Positions 19,207-28,526 of a stretch of DNA of 45,829 bases are shown piece by piece. This DNA comes from an uncultured Rhodospirillaceae bacterium (lineage in GTDB: Bacteria; Pseudomonadota; Alphaproteobacteria; GCA-2731375), in assembly GCA_964462145.1 (NCBI GenBank), contig CAYWYB010000003.1:1-45829 (forward strand), given 5' to 3'. Position 1 is the stretch's first letter; every line of letters begins with the position of its first letter. The notes below the pieces were generated by a model, which searched no databases, was not told the DNA's origin, and saw only the letters and a program-made list of their open reading frames with translations. The translations under genes and the position numbers were made by a program.

Positions 19207-20196
19207 TTAAGCGAAATCCAGCACGTTGTTGGCATCCTGCCACGGGGCGGGTACTTTTTGCTGGTCGTAGGGCCGGAAACCAAAGCGCTGATAGAGGGGT
19301 AGAGCCCTGGGGTGGTCCAGGGTGCAGGTGTTGACCAGCACACGCGCGGGCTCCCTGTGCCACAACATTTCCAGCGCCTGTCCCAGCAGATAGGGGCCCA
19401 GGCCAAGGCCAATGAACTCCGGCATGATGCCGAAATAGGCTAGCTCCGCGGTCGCGGGCAGGGGGCGGAAATCCAGTTCGTAAAAGCCCGCCGGAACGCC
19501 GCCCACGTACAGAACATATGTCTCCACCGCTTCATCCTGAATGATCTCGGCCAGTTCCTCGTCCGATAGCTTCTTGCGGTCGGTCCAATACCAGGGCCGG
19601 CCAACGGCGTCATAGAGGTAGCGGTAAAACCCGACCGTGATGTCATGGGCGCCGATCAAGGCATGATTGCGTGTCTTTGGTACGACGTGGGGCAGGGAGC
19701 CTCGCTCCAGCATTTCCAGATAGGTGACGACGACCTGTTCGTCGTCCATTTGGTGGCCGACGGGCAGGGCATTGCCGTCCAGACGCCGGCTCATCAGGTT
19801 GGCGGGGTCCACCATATAGCCCAGGCGTTGATAGAACCCGACCACTTGGCTGTTGCTGCCCCGGACCAGCAATTGCACCTTGGGTACGCCGCTGGCTTTT
19901 AGCCGTTCTTCCGCCGCCGCCATGATGCGCCGGCCCAGGGCTTGGCCCTGACGTGCGGGATCCACCGCCACATAGTAGATCCAGCCGCGATGGCCGTCCT
20001 GGCCAAGCATGGCCGTGGCAACGATCTCGCCGCCATTCTCTGCGTCTTCAAGAACCAGGATTTCCCCATGCCCGCCGGAGAGGCAAAAGGCGATGTCCCT
20101 GCGGGCGTCGTTCAGGGGGTTTCGCATCAGATCGCAGCGTTGCCATAAATCGACCACCGCCGCTTCGTCCGTGCCCCGGTAATTGCGCAGTTTCAC
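19207..20196 (-). CDS. tandem GNAT N-acetyltransferase (two GNAT domains)
   Basis: domain 1 GQDGHRGWIYYVAV..RQGQALG..PKVQLLVR; domain 2 VTYLEM..LAYFG..IGLGLG..NTCTLDHP; GAGGA before GTG at 20196. Confidence 0.85.
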   Translation of the reverse strand: MKLRNYRGTDEAAVVDLWQRCDLMRNPLNDARRDIAFCLSGGHGEILVLEDAENGGEIVATAMLGQDGHRGWIYYVAVDPARQGQALGRRIMAAAEERLKASGVPKVQLLVRGSNSQVVGFYQRLGYMVDPANLMSRRLDGNALPVGHQMDDEQVVVTYLEMLERGSLPHVVPKTRNHALIGAHDITVGFYRYLYDAVGRPWYWTDRKKLSDEELAEIIQDEAVETYVLYVGGVPAGFYELDFRPLPATAELAYFGIMPEFIGLGLGPYLLGQALEMLWHREPARVLVNTCTLDHPRALPLYQRFGFRPYDQQKVPAPWQDANNVLDFA

Positions 20197-20206
20197 GGTG
20201 CTATCC

Positions 20207-21043
20207 TCAGGTGACGACGGGTGTGTCTTGGCGGCTGCCCCATTCGGACCAGCTGCCGTCGTAGAGGGTATTATCCTCGTGGCCAAGGGCGTCTAGGCCC
20301 AGCAGCAGGACCGCCGCCGAGACGCCCGACCCACAGGAGGTTACGACGGGGCCGTCCAAATTCACCCCCGCCTCGGTGAAAAGCGCCCGCAGTTGATCAG
20401 TCGATCGCAAAGTGCCGTCATCGTTCAACAATTTGTCGTAGGGCAGATTGAAGGCACCCGGCATATGGCCTGAACGCAGACCCGCCCGTGGTTCGGCGGC
20501 GGTGCCATCAAAGCGCCCGGCGCCGCGGGCATCGATGATTTGCCGCGCATCGCCCCGTTCGATCATGTCCAGCATCTGCTCCACCGAACGGACCATGTTG
20601 GGTTGGTAGTTCGCGCTGAACCGCGCGGACGTTACCCCCGCAACCGTATCTTCCATGGCCCGGCCTTCCGCCCGCCATTTTGTACTACCGCCATCCAAAA
20701 CCGCTATTTTCGCATGGCCAAAGGCGCGGAACATCCACCAAACCCGGCAGGCCCCCGTCAACTTGCCGCCGTCGTAGGTTACGACCATGTCGTCATTGCC
20801 GATGCCCATGGCGCCCACCGCATCGGCGAAGGCGTCGGCGTCGGGAAACATATGCGGCAGGCCGCTGTCGGGGGCACAGACCACGTCGATGTTAAAGCGC
20901 TGGGCACCGGGAATATGGGCTGCCGCATATTCCGCATCCGCGTCGCGGTTTTCCGCCGGCAAATAGAAGGAGCCATCAAGAACTTTGACCTGTGCCAGAT
21001 TGTCGGCGAGCCAGGCCGTCGAAACGGTGGAAGGATTGCTCAT
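20207..21043 (-). CDS. sseA: 3-mercaptopyruvate sulfurtransferase (tandem rhodanese)
   Basis: HIPGA, IDARG..RF.G...EPR, active loop CGSGVSA, YDGSWSEW. Confidence 0.92.
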   Translation of the reverse strand: MSNPSTVSTAWLADNLAQVKVLDGSFYLPAENRDADAEYAAAHIPGAQRFNIDVVCAPDSGLPHMFPDADAFADAVGAMGIGNDDMVVTYDGGKLTGACRVWWMFRAFGHAKIAVLDGGSTKWRAEGRAMEDTVAGVTSARFSANYQPNMVRSVEQMLDMIERGDARQIIDARGAGRFDGTAAEPRAGLRSGHMPGAFNLPYDKLLNDDGTLRSTDQLRALFTEAGVNLDGPVVTSCGSGVSAAVLLLGLDALGHEDNTLYDGSWSEWGSRQDTPVVT

Positions 21044-21082
21044 CTTGGGCCTCAATAAAAGTCAGTATACTGTTGATAATAT

Positions 21083-21793
21083 TTATGAAAACTCGATTGA
21101 TATGCGTCGGTTTTGCCGGCCTTTTTTCTCAATCTTGCGAACCCTGACCCTGCCGATTTCCGAGGTATTGGCGACATGGGTGCCGCCGCAGGGCTGCAAA
21201 TCGCAACCATCAACGTCGATCAGGCGGACCCGGCCCTGGCCCATGGGCGGCTTCACGGACATGGTTTTGACCAGATCCGGTTGGGCGGCCAGTTCGTCAT
21301 CGCTGATCCAGCCCACGCTGACCGGGTGTCCCTCGGCGATCAGTTCGTTTAAACGCGCGGTAATGGCCTCTTTCTCCACGGTCATTTCGGGCATGTCGAA
21401 GTCCAGGCGGCCCCTGCCATCGCTGATCTGCCCGCCCGTGACCGGATATTCCACGACAGAGGAAAGCAGATGCAGGCAGGTATGGATGCGCATCAGGCGG
21501 TGGCGCACATCCCAGTCGATCGCGGCCGTGACGGAGGTGCCGACGGCGGGCAGTTCCTGGCCTTCCGCGGCGACATGGACAACATCATCCGGACCCTCGC
21601 CCTTAACCGTGGTCGCGATCGTGATCTCGCTGCCATCACCAAGGCGCAAAACGCCCGCATCGCCCGGCTGACCACCGCCTGTCGGATAAAATACCGTGCG
21701 GTCCAGCTCTATGCCGCCGCGCTCATTCACGGCTGTTACGGTGGCTTCGCAGTCTTTGGCATAAGGGTCGTCGCGGAACAGCAATTCGGTCAT
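21083..21793 (-). CDS. alaX: free-standing alanyl-tRNA editing protein (AlaX)
   Basis: FYPTGGGQPGD, HTCLH (HxxxH), QPCGGTH (CxxxH). Confidence 0.92.
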   Translation of the reverse strand: MTELLFRDDPYAKDCEATVTAVNERGGIELDRTVFYPTGGGQPGDAGVLRLGDGSEITIATTVKGEGPDDVVHVAAEGQELPAVGTSVTAAIDWDVRHRLMRIHTCLHLLSSVVEYPVTGGQISDGRGRLDFDMPEMTVEKEAITARLNELIAEGHPVSVGWISDDELAAQPDLVKTMSVKPPMGQGRVRLIDVDGCDLQPCGGTHVANTSEIGRVRVRKIEKKGRQNRRISIEFS

Positions 21794-21812
21794 TCGGGCC
21801 TCTTTGGCGTTA

Positions 21813-22823
21813 TCACCCGGTCCCGGCCATCCAGCTCGGTACGGGCAGGCCTTTCTCTTGCAGGAAAGGCACATTGAACATCTTGCTTTGATAACGCTGG
21901 GCGCCATCACAAAGCAAGGTCACAATTGTATGACCCGGACCCATTTGTTGCGCCAGACGAATGGCGCCCGCTACGTTCACCCCGCTCGAGGAGCCGAGAA
22001 CCAGGCCTTCCTCGATAATCAGATCAAAGGCGATTTGCAGGGATTCCTCGTCCGGAATTTGAAACGGCGCATCGACGGCCAGGCCTTCCAGGTTGGCTGT
22101 AATGCGGCCCTGGCCGATGCCTTCGGTGATGGAGGAGCCCTCTGCCTTCAATTCGCCATTGGCATAGTAGTTGTACAGCGCCGCGCCGGGCGGGTCAGCC
22201 AGGCCGATGGTGATGGCTGGGTTCTGTTCTCTCAGATATTGCGAAATACCGGCGAGCGAGCCGCCCGAGCCCACGGCGCAGATGAAACCGTCAACCTTGC
22301 CGTCCGTCTGGCGCCAAATCTCCGGCCCCGTGGTGTCATAGTGGCCTTGGCGGTTGTCCACGTTGTCGAACTGGTTGGCCCAGATCGCGCCTTCGGCATG
22401 GTTGGAGGCGATTTCATCGGCCAGACGGCCGGAATATTTGATGTAGTTATTGTCGTCGCGATAGGGCAGGGCGGGCACTTCACGCAAATCGGCGCCGCAC
22501 ATGCGCAGCATGTCTTTCTTTTCCTGGGTCTGGGTCTCGGGGATAACGATGACCGTTCGATAGCCCCGCGCATTGGCCACCAGGGCCAGGCCGATACCCG
22601 TATTGCCGGCGGTGCCTTCAACGATAATGCCGCCTGGGCGCAAATCACCCCTGGCTTCCGCCGCGCTGACAATGGCCAGGGCCGCCCGATCCTTGACCGA
22701 GCCGCCCGGATTGAGGAATTCCGCCTTGCCCAAGATTTCGCATCCCGTCAGATCCGAAGCCTTTTTCAGGCGGATCAAAGGTGTATTGCCGATACTCTCG
22801 ATAAAACCCTGTCGTATATCCAT
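21813..22823 (-). CDS. cysK: cysteine synthase A family PLP enzyme
   Basis: IGNTPL, NPGGSVKDR, TAGNTGIG, ANQFDN, EGIGQG. Confidence 0.9.
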   Translation of the reverse strand: MDIRQGFIESIGNTPLIRLKKASDLTGCEILGKAEFLNPGGSVKDRAALAIVSAAEARGDLRPGGIIVEGTAGNTGIGLALVANARGYRTVIVIPETQTQEKKDMLRMCGADLREVPALPYRDDNNYIKYSGRLADEIASNHAEGAIWANQFDNVDNRQGHYDTTGPEIWRQTDGKVDGFICAVGSGGSLAGISQYLREQNPAITIGLADPPGAALYNYYANGELKAEGSSITEGIGQGRITANLEGLAVDAPFQIPDEESLQIAFDLIIEEGLVLGSSSGVNVAGAIRLAQQMGPGHTIVTLLCDGAQRYQSKMFNVPFLQEKGLPVPSWMAGTG

Positions 22824-22924
22824 GATCTACTCCACGACTCGCTAATATGATTTAGCCGCAGATTATGCGTTTTATCCAGATAGGACAAGTGAATGAAATT
22901 TAATCACAAATTATATGTGTGCAA

Positions 22925-23533
22925 TTAGTCGAGCCATCTCTGACGAATTTCGTCTCTGTGCAGAGCCAGCCACTGGATGGCAATGATTACAGGAGCGGCA
23001 ACGATACGCCCATCTTCAGTCGCGGCAAGCGCATCATCAAAAGGGAGAACAACAACCTTGATATCTTCGCCTTCGTCTGGAACGCCGTGTACTCCGCCCG
23101 CAAGGGCGGCGTTGCTTCGGGCACAATAGATTGTGATATGTTCGCTAACGGCACCAAGAGATGTGTAGCAGCCCAAAACACGTGTGATATTGTCCAACTC
23201 GATACCTGCTTCTTCTCGAGCCTCCCGGCGAACCACGTCTTCCAATTTCTCGCCATCTTCAATCATGCCGGCGACGACTTCCAGGGACCAAGGTTCATCG
23301 CCTCTTATCAGGGGGGCGATGCGAAACTGCTCAATCAAGATAACTTCATCCCGTACGGGATCATACGGCAGGACTAAAATAGCGTGGCCGCGATCGAACA
23401 CCTCCCGACTAATTTCGGCGCCCATGCCGCCTTGATATAAGCTGTGGCGTAGTCGGTAGGCATCGACCCGGTAATAGCCCTGGTACACTGTTTCCTTGTC
23501 AATTATTTCGACTTTGCGGTCTGAATCACTCAT
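22925..23533 (-). CDS. nudF: ADP-ribose pyrophosphatase (Nudix)
   Basis: Nudix box GMIEDGE....VVRREAREEAG, LPYDP..D...LIEQFR, EGEDI. Confidence 0.85.
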   Translation of the reverse strand: MSDSDRKVEIIDKETVYQGYYRVDAYRLRHSLYQGGMGAEISREVFDRGHAILVLPYDPVRDEVILIEQFRIAPLIRGDEPWSLEVVAGMIEDGEKLEDVVRREAREEAGIELDNITRVLGCYTSLGAVSEHITIYCARSNAALAGGVHGVPDEGEDIKVVVLPFDDALAATEDGRIVAAPVIIAIQWLALHRDEIRQRWLD

Positions 23534-23537
23534 GCAC

Positions 23538-24818
23538 TCACTCCGTATCTTGTTTTGGCACCACCCAGGCGACCAGACGGCTGATCGTCAAACCCTGTAC
23601 CAGAATTGAAAACACCACCACCGCGTAGCAAACCGTGACAATGGCGTCTTTTTCCGCGCCCGCAGGTAGTGACAGGGCCAATGCGACCGAGATGCCGCCG
23701 CGCAAACCGCCCCAGGTCAGCACCGGGATCGCCCCTTTGGTAAAATCCCGCCACAGACCCAGCAGTCCTATGGGAATAGCAACGGCAACGAAACGTGCGC
23801 TCAGAACCAGAGGAATGGCGATTAAGGCAACCCACATCAAGCCCGGTGCGGTGGAAATCACCACCACCTCCAGTCCGATCAGCAGGAACAACACGGCATT
23901 CAGGATTTCATCGATCAAGGTCCAGAAATTGGTCAGATGATCGCGCGTGGTCTCGCTCATGGCCAGGCGGGTGCCATGGTTGCCGATCAACAGCCCGGCT
24001 ACCACGACCGCGATGGGCCCCGAGGTATGCAGCAGAAACGCCACCTCGTAAGTGACGGTAACCAAAGCCAGGGTGATGATAACTTCAAGGTTATATTCAT
24101 CAATGGAGCGCAGGGCCCAAAAGGCAATGGCGCCCGCCACCAGGCCCAGCACTGCGCCGCCCACTGCTTCCTGCAGGAACAATATCGCTATCCCCGCCGC
24201 GTCCATCGAGGTGCCATGGGTGTCCCCGGCGCCACCGCCCGATGTCGCCATGGCCAACAGGATGACGAAGACCACGACGCCGACGCCGTCATTGAACAGG
24301 CTTTCACCGGCGATTTTGGCCTCCAGGCTGGCCGGCACCTTGGCGGTCTTCAGGATGCCCAACACCGCCACCGGGTCGGTCGGTGAAATTAGCGCGCCGA
24401 ACAGCAGGCAATAAATTAGGGGCAGGGGCAGGCCGACCAGATCAAAGGCCAGCCATATACCGCCGCCGATCAGGGCGGTGGACATCAGCAGGCCGCCCGT
24501 GGCCATGGCCGCGATGGGCCAGCGCCGCTTGGCCAATTGTGCCAGGTCCACATGCAGGGCGCCCGCGAATAACAGAAAACCCAGCATGCCGTGCATCAGG
24601 GCGGCGGTGAAATCGATCTCGATCAAGGCCGCGCGCAGGCCCGGCCCGACGCCCCAGCCCGGCACGGCGGCATCAATGGCCAAGGCACCCAGCGAGGCGG
24701 CCATGGCGATCAGAACCAGGCCAATGGTGCGGGGCAGGCGCAGGAAACGGTGGTTGAGATAGCCGAACAAGGCGGCCAGGCCCAACAAAGTGGCGATATC
24801 GCGAGAGAGATGTTCCAT
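23538..24818 (-). CDS. CPA1 family Na+/H+ antiporter (NhaP-like)
   Basis: FGALISPTDPVAV, GESLFNDG, WGGLRGG; many TM helices. Confidence 0.92.
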   Translation of the reverse strand: MEHLSRDIATLLGLAALFGYLNHRFLRLPRTIGLVLIAMAASLGALAIDAAVPGWGVGPGLRAALIEIDFTAALMHGMLGFLLFAGALHVDLAQLAKRRWPIAAMATGGLLMSTALIGGGIWLAFDLVGLPLPLIYCLLFGALISPTDPVAVLGILKTAKVPASLEAKIAGESLFNDGVGVVVFVILLAMATSGGGAGDTHGTSMDAAGIAILFLQEAVGGAVLGLVAGAIAFWALRSIDEYNLEVIITLALVTVTYEVAFLLHTSGPIAVVVAGLLIGNHGTRLAMSETTRDHLTNFWTLIDEILNAVLFLLIGLEVVVISTAPGLMWVALIAIPLVLSARFVAVAIPIGLLGLWRDFTKGAIPVLTWGGLRGGISVALALSLPAGAEKDAIVTVCYAVVVFSILVQGLTISRLVAWVVPKQDTE

Positions 24819-24834
24819 CGTGAGCTATTGGCAC

Positions 24835-26535
24835 CTATTGCTTGGCTGTATCGTCAAAAGGCGCCAGGGATAGCACGGGATCTTTATTCACGGCCAGAAA
24901 TCCATCAGGGCGGATGGCGAGATTAAACAGGTGTCCCCTGCGCCCCTGCAAACGTTTGCCCTTTTTGACCAAATCCGCGAGCGGCGGGACGTCTCGTCCA
25001 CCCGTTGTCGCGAGCAGTTTGTCCAGGCCCTTGATACGCAACTCGCCATTGCCAACAAAGCCAGCCTTGGCCGCCCTGTCGGCCTGCAGGGTCAGATCCA
25101 TGGTGATGTCGTAATCCTTGGCCGAAATTCTCGTCCGCTTTAGTTGCAGCACGGTCGCCGCCGCGCTCAAGTCCTGCCGCAGGCGCTTAAACACTTGTGG
25201 GCCGGAGCTTACCTTTCCCAATAAGGCCACTTCGACGACCGCTGCCACACCGACGTTGACGATCGTTTCACTGGGGACGTTCTTTAGGGCCAGGGCGATA
25301 TCCAGTTCCCTCGGCACCATGGCTTCTGGTGCCGCGCTGCCCGTGCCGCTAAGGCCATGATGGCTGGCGGTCAGGGCGAGGTTCAATAGCTTGCCATCCT
25401 GACTGGACAGATCCAGGCCATAGTCGGCCTGATCCAAGCGGAAATCGCCTTGATCAGGATGTCGTGCGGCCAGACCTTTAATGCTGGTGTGTAAACCGAC
25501 GCCACTGGCCAAGGTCAATATCTGTTTCAGCGGCGGCATGCCATTGCTGTCCGATCCGGTCTGGAGCAGGCTGTCGTTATAAGCAGGGATATCCAGGCCG
25601 CGCAGATCCAGCTCAATCGTGGCCTTGTCCAACAGCAGGGCGGATGCCTTGCCGTCGCTGATCTTCATTTGGCTTATGGCGAGCCGCATGGGCCCGGTCC
25701 AAAGGCCGCTATCCTCGTGCACGTTCGAAAGCGCCAAAATCTCGCCAATACTGCCTCTCTCGCCACCCTCGGCATGCAAAATGCGCAGTTCGCCGAGGCG
25801 GAATTCAAAGTCCGTGCTGATTTCCAACTGCCGGTCCCAACGCAGTTTCGCCAGGCGCCTGGCAATGGTAATGCGACCCTCGCTTCCGTCCTGCTGGCGA
25901 AAGCGCATCTCGTCCGGGAGGGTCAGGGTGATATCATCGAAATATTCATCGTCTTGGCGTATTTCGGCTTGCACCGTACCGATTTCAAGCAAGCCGCCGT
26001 CATCGCCATGGATGACGAGATCGGGGATCGTTATCTGAACGGCGCCGTCCAGCCGTACCGCATGCAAGTCGCCGTATTCCAGGTGGCCGTTCTTGGCGAT
26101 CTTGTCTTCGATGCGCAGCAGCCAATCCTCGGCCGAGGCTTCGATGCGTTCCAATTCCGTCATCTGGCTTCGGGCCTTGCGCTGCCGTGGCTTGGCCGTG
26201 GCTTCCGCCTTGGCTTTGGGTTTTTGTAATTTTTGCAGCAATTTTCGGCCAGGTTTATAGCCTTGCTCGGCGGCCCGGCCGGCCCATTGCATAGCCTTAT
26301 CCTTGTTTTTCGGGACCCCTCGGCCCCGCAAATAAAGGATCGCCATGCTGTATTGCGCCCTGGCATCGCCCTGTTGCGCCAACGCCTGCCAGATTTGCAG
26401 CGCCCCGCCATAGTCGCCCAGGGAATAAAGCCTTTGGCCATGCTGGAAATCGCCGGCTTCGGCGCTCTCGACGGCCTGCCAGGGCGTCAGCGCGACAGTG
26501 GTGGCGAGAAGAGCTGCAAGGGCGGTTTTTTTCAT
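24835..26535 (-). CDS. exported Sel1-repeat protein with large unassigned C-terminal region
   Basis: signal peptide MKKTALAALLA; Sel1 motif AQQGDARAQYSMAILYLRGRGVPKN...A..W...AAEQG; Lys-rich linker. Confidence 0.8.
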   Translation of the reverse strand: MKKTALAALLATTVALTPWQAVESAEAGDFQHGQRLYSLGDYGGALQIWQALAQQGDARAQYSMAILYLRGRGVPKNKDKAMQWAGRAAEQGYKPGRKLLQKLQKPKAKAEATAKPRQRKARSQMTELERIEASAEDWLLRIEDKIAKNGHLEYGDLHAVRLDGAVQITIPDLVIHGDDGGLLEIGTVQAEIRQDDEYFDDITLTLPDEMRFRQQDGSEGRITIARRLAKLRWDRQLEISTDFEFRLGELRILHAEGGERGSIGEILALSNVHEDSGLWTGPMRLAISQMKISDGKASALLLDKATIELDLRGLDIPAYNDSLLQTGSDSNGMPPLKQILTLASGVGLHTSIKGLAARHPDQGDFRLDQADYGLDLSSQDGKLLNLALTASHHGLSGTGSAAPEAMVPRELDIALALKNVPSETIVNVGVAAVVEVALLGKVSSGPQVFKRLRQDLSAAATVLQLKRTRISAKDYDITMDLTLQADRAAKAGFVGNGELRIKGLDKLLATTGGRDVPPLADLVKKGKRLQGRRGHLFNLAIRPDGFLAVNKDPVLSLAPFDDTAKQ

Positions 26536-26594
26536 GGCGTCATCCCAATAACCGGCCGCAATCATAGCGGAGGAAATATCGTGGCGCAGAAAAT

Positions 26595-28001
26595 TTAGGC
26601 CCGGCCCTCAGTCCCAGCCGCGTCCCGGTCGTACCGTAGCCGATCGGCGGGCAGGGTCATGATTATGTGCGCCTCATCCGGTTTGGGACCACCGAATTGC
26701 AATTTGCCGCCATGCAATTCGACCAGACGGCGGGCAATGGGCAGGCCATAGCCGATACCCAGCCGCTCGGCGCCATGGCCGGGCGGGATGCCGTCGAAAG
26801 GTTCCAGCGCCAGAGCCAAGCGTTCCGGCGAAACGGTGGCGCCCGTTGCGCGGATCAACAGCATGGCGTCGTTTGCGGCGGTCGCGGAAAGTTGAATTTC
26901 AACGCGCCCGCCGCCGCCTACCAGGGCAGTGCAATTTGACAGTAACGCAATAATGACCTGACGCACGCGGCTCTGGTCAGCCCGGATCATCATACCGCCA
27001 TCGGGTAGGTCGCATGCCATGGCGACATTGCGGGCCTGGGCCAGGCCGGTGACGGTCTCGCTGCATTTGGCAACCAGTGCCGCCATTTCAAAGTCATCTT
27101 CGATCAGCTCCAGATCGCCGGTTTCCACCCGCACCAGATCGAGAACTTCATCGATAATACCCAATAGATGGCGGCCGCTGCTCTCGATGTCCGAAGCGCA
27201 GGAACGATATCGCTCGTCGGACAATTGTCCCATCAATTCGCGGCTAATGATTTGTGCAAAGCCGATTATGGCGTTGAGGGGCATGCGGATTTCGTCGCAA
27301 ACGGCGGCAATGCTTTGCCCCTTCGATTTGGTACCGTTTTCGATAAGGGTGCGGGCCTTGAGCAGGTTGTCGGCGGTATCACGATGGCGCTCTACCTCGC
27401 GGCGAAGGGTATCCCGCGACAGGGCGTACAGGTCCAGATAGCCCCGTGCCATGGCCGTAACCAGCACGGCAGCAACGATGATCCCGGCCAGAAACAGGCC
27501 CGATAGTTTGTCCGCCGGCAAATATTGCGGAAAGGCATGGCCGTCCACGTACAGAACGATGAGGCCGCCGTAGCATATGGCCAGAGTTCCCAGACCCACG
27601 ACCTGACCCAGCCCGTTCAGAAAGAACAGGCAAAATAATGGAACAGCAATCGATACCGGCAAGACCGGCGACAGATAGCCGCCATAGTTATAGGCCGCCA
27701 CCCCGATCATGGCGTTCAGGATCACGATGGAAATGGTCGATAACAGATTGTAGGCGCCGCTCAATCGGAACAAAACCGGTTGCGTTATGAGACAGGTGGT
27801 CAATGCCAGGAACAGCCAATAGGCCGGCGTTATCTGGTTCGCGGCCTGATACACCCAGCCGGACAGAGCGAGGGCCAGCAGTCCAATCAACAGATGGCAG
27901 GAGATGAACCAGCCGTAGAGTCGCCCACTGCGCTCGTCCACCAGCAGGCGCGGCGGTATCATGGTTTCGGAAATGCGGTTCATTTTAGTTAATACGGTCA
28001 C
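26595..28001 (-). CDS. membrane DivJ/PleC-like histidine kinase homologue, probable pseudokinase (alternative start ATG 27983)
   Basis: 5-6 TM with GGYLSP..VP; HisKA-like CDEIRMPLNAIIGFAQ and ELMGQLSDERY..DIESSGRHLL; HATPase remnants LLSN, LEPF, GIGYGLPI. Confidence 0.85.
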   Translation of the reverse strand: MTVLTKMNRISETMIPPRLLVDERSGRLYGWFISCHLLIGLLALALSGWVYQAANQITPAYWLFLALTTCLITQPVLFRLSGAYNLLSTISIVILNAMIGVAAYNYGGYLSPVLPVSIAVPLFCLFFLNGLGQVVGLGTLAICYGGLIVLYVDGHAFPQYLPADKLSGLFLAGIIVAAVLVTAMARGYLDLYALSRDTLRREVERHRDTADNLLKARTLIENGTKSKGQSIAAVCDEIRMPLNAIIGFAQIISRELMGQLSDERYRSCASDIESSGRHLLGIIDEVLDLVRVETGDLELIEDDFEMAALVAKCSETVTGLAQARNVAMACDLPDGGMMIRADQSRVRQVIIALLSNCTALVGGGGRVEIQLSATAANDAMLLIRATGATVSPERLALALEPFDGIPPGHGAERLGIGYGLPIARRLVELHGGKLQFGGPKPDEAHIIMTLPADRLRYDRDAAGTEGRA

Positions 28002-28247
28002 TCTGTTGATCTTGCATTATTCGTCTTTGTTACCTTTAGCGTTGGCAGCATATCTTGCTAATTCTTTCAAACAGATTAGCGACTATTACCAAAACGTTGC
28101 CGGATAACGGAAAAAGCCGAGTCCAGAGCGTGCCGGTTTCCCGAATTGGCACGGTGTGCAATGCCGTATTGTCCTAATTTGGGACAGAAAAGGATGTGAT
28201 CTAGCTTCAGAATGGCAGTTAACAGCCACTTCCTAGCCGCCAGGCGC

Positions 28248-28265
28248 TTGGCATGAAACATGCAA
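28248..28265 (+). promoter_or_regulatory. putative sigma54 (-24/-12) promoter
   Basis: TTGGCATGAAACATGCAA has exact GG-N10-GC spacing and lies upstream of the small ORF at 28340. Confidence 0.5.
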
Positions 28266-28339
28266 GATAAATTGGTGGACGTTACGGTTGTCTGTGCCGC
28301 CAAGTGATTGGCCGGCGGTAAATTGTTGGGATCAGTAAA

Positions 28340-28471
28340 ATGGTAAATTCAGTGATGGAACAGCAAGTAACGTCATCGGTAACGCATTCACAGCCCGCTT
28401 TCTTCCTGGTTGCGTTGGGCTGGCTTATCTCGGTCGGTGGTTTGGCCTATTTGTGGCATCTAATGGCCTAA
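28340..28471 (+). CDS. small single-TM protein, 43 aa (MVNSVMEQQVTSSVTHSQPAFFLVALGWLISVGGLAYLWHLMA)
   Basis: own translation, below the ORF-track cutoff; C-terminal hydrophobic helix; flanked by sigma54 motif and terminator hairpin; RBS weak. Confidence 0.55.
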   Translation: MVNSVMEQQVTSSVTHSQPAFFLVALGWLISVGGLAYLWHLMA

Positions 28472-28526
28472 CCGAAGTTTCAAAAGACCGGATAAGTTTC
28501 AAAGACACCGAGTTCGTGGCATTAAC

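Noticed and set aside
21804-22850. 348-aa plus-strand ORF and similar long antisense ORFs (2700-3707, 31480-32520, 41776-42888)
   Set aside because: Shadow frames of well-supported genes in GC-rich DNA, with no recognisable motifs
22900-22914. TTAA-N7-TTAT CtrA-like box upstream of cysK (similarly ATAA-N7-TTAA at 44112-44126)
   Set aside because: One-mismatch hits in AT-rich spacers are expected by chance and lack supporting context
28147-28161. TGGCACGGTGTGCA as a sigma54 promoter
   Set aside because: GG-to-GC spacing is 8 nt rather than the required 10
28076-28303. 75-aa minus-strand ORF in the spacer
   Set aside because: TTG start, no recognisable features, and it overlaps the likely promoter region
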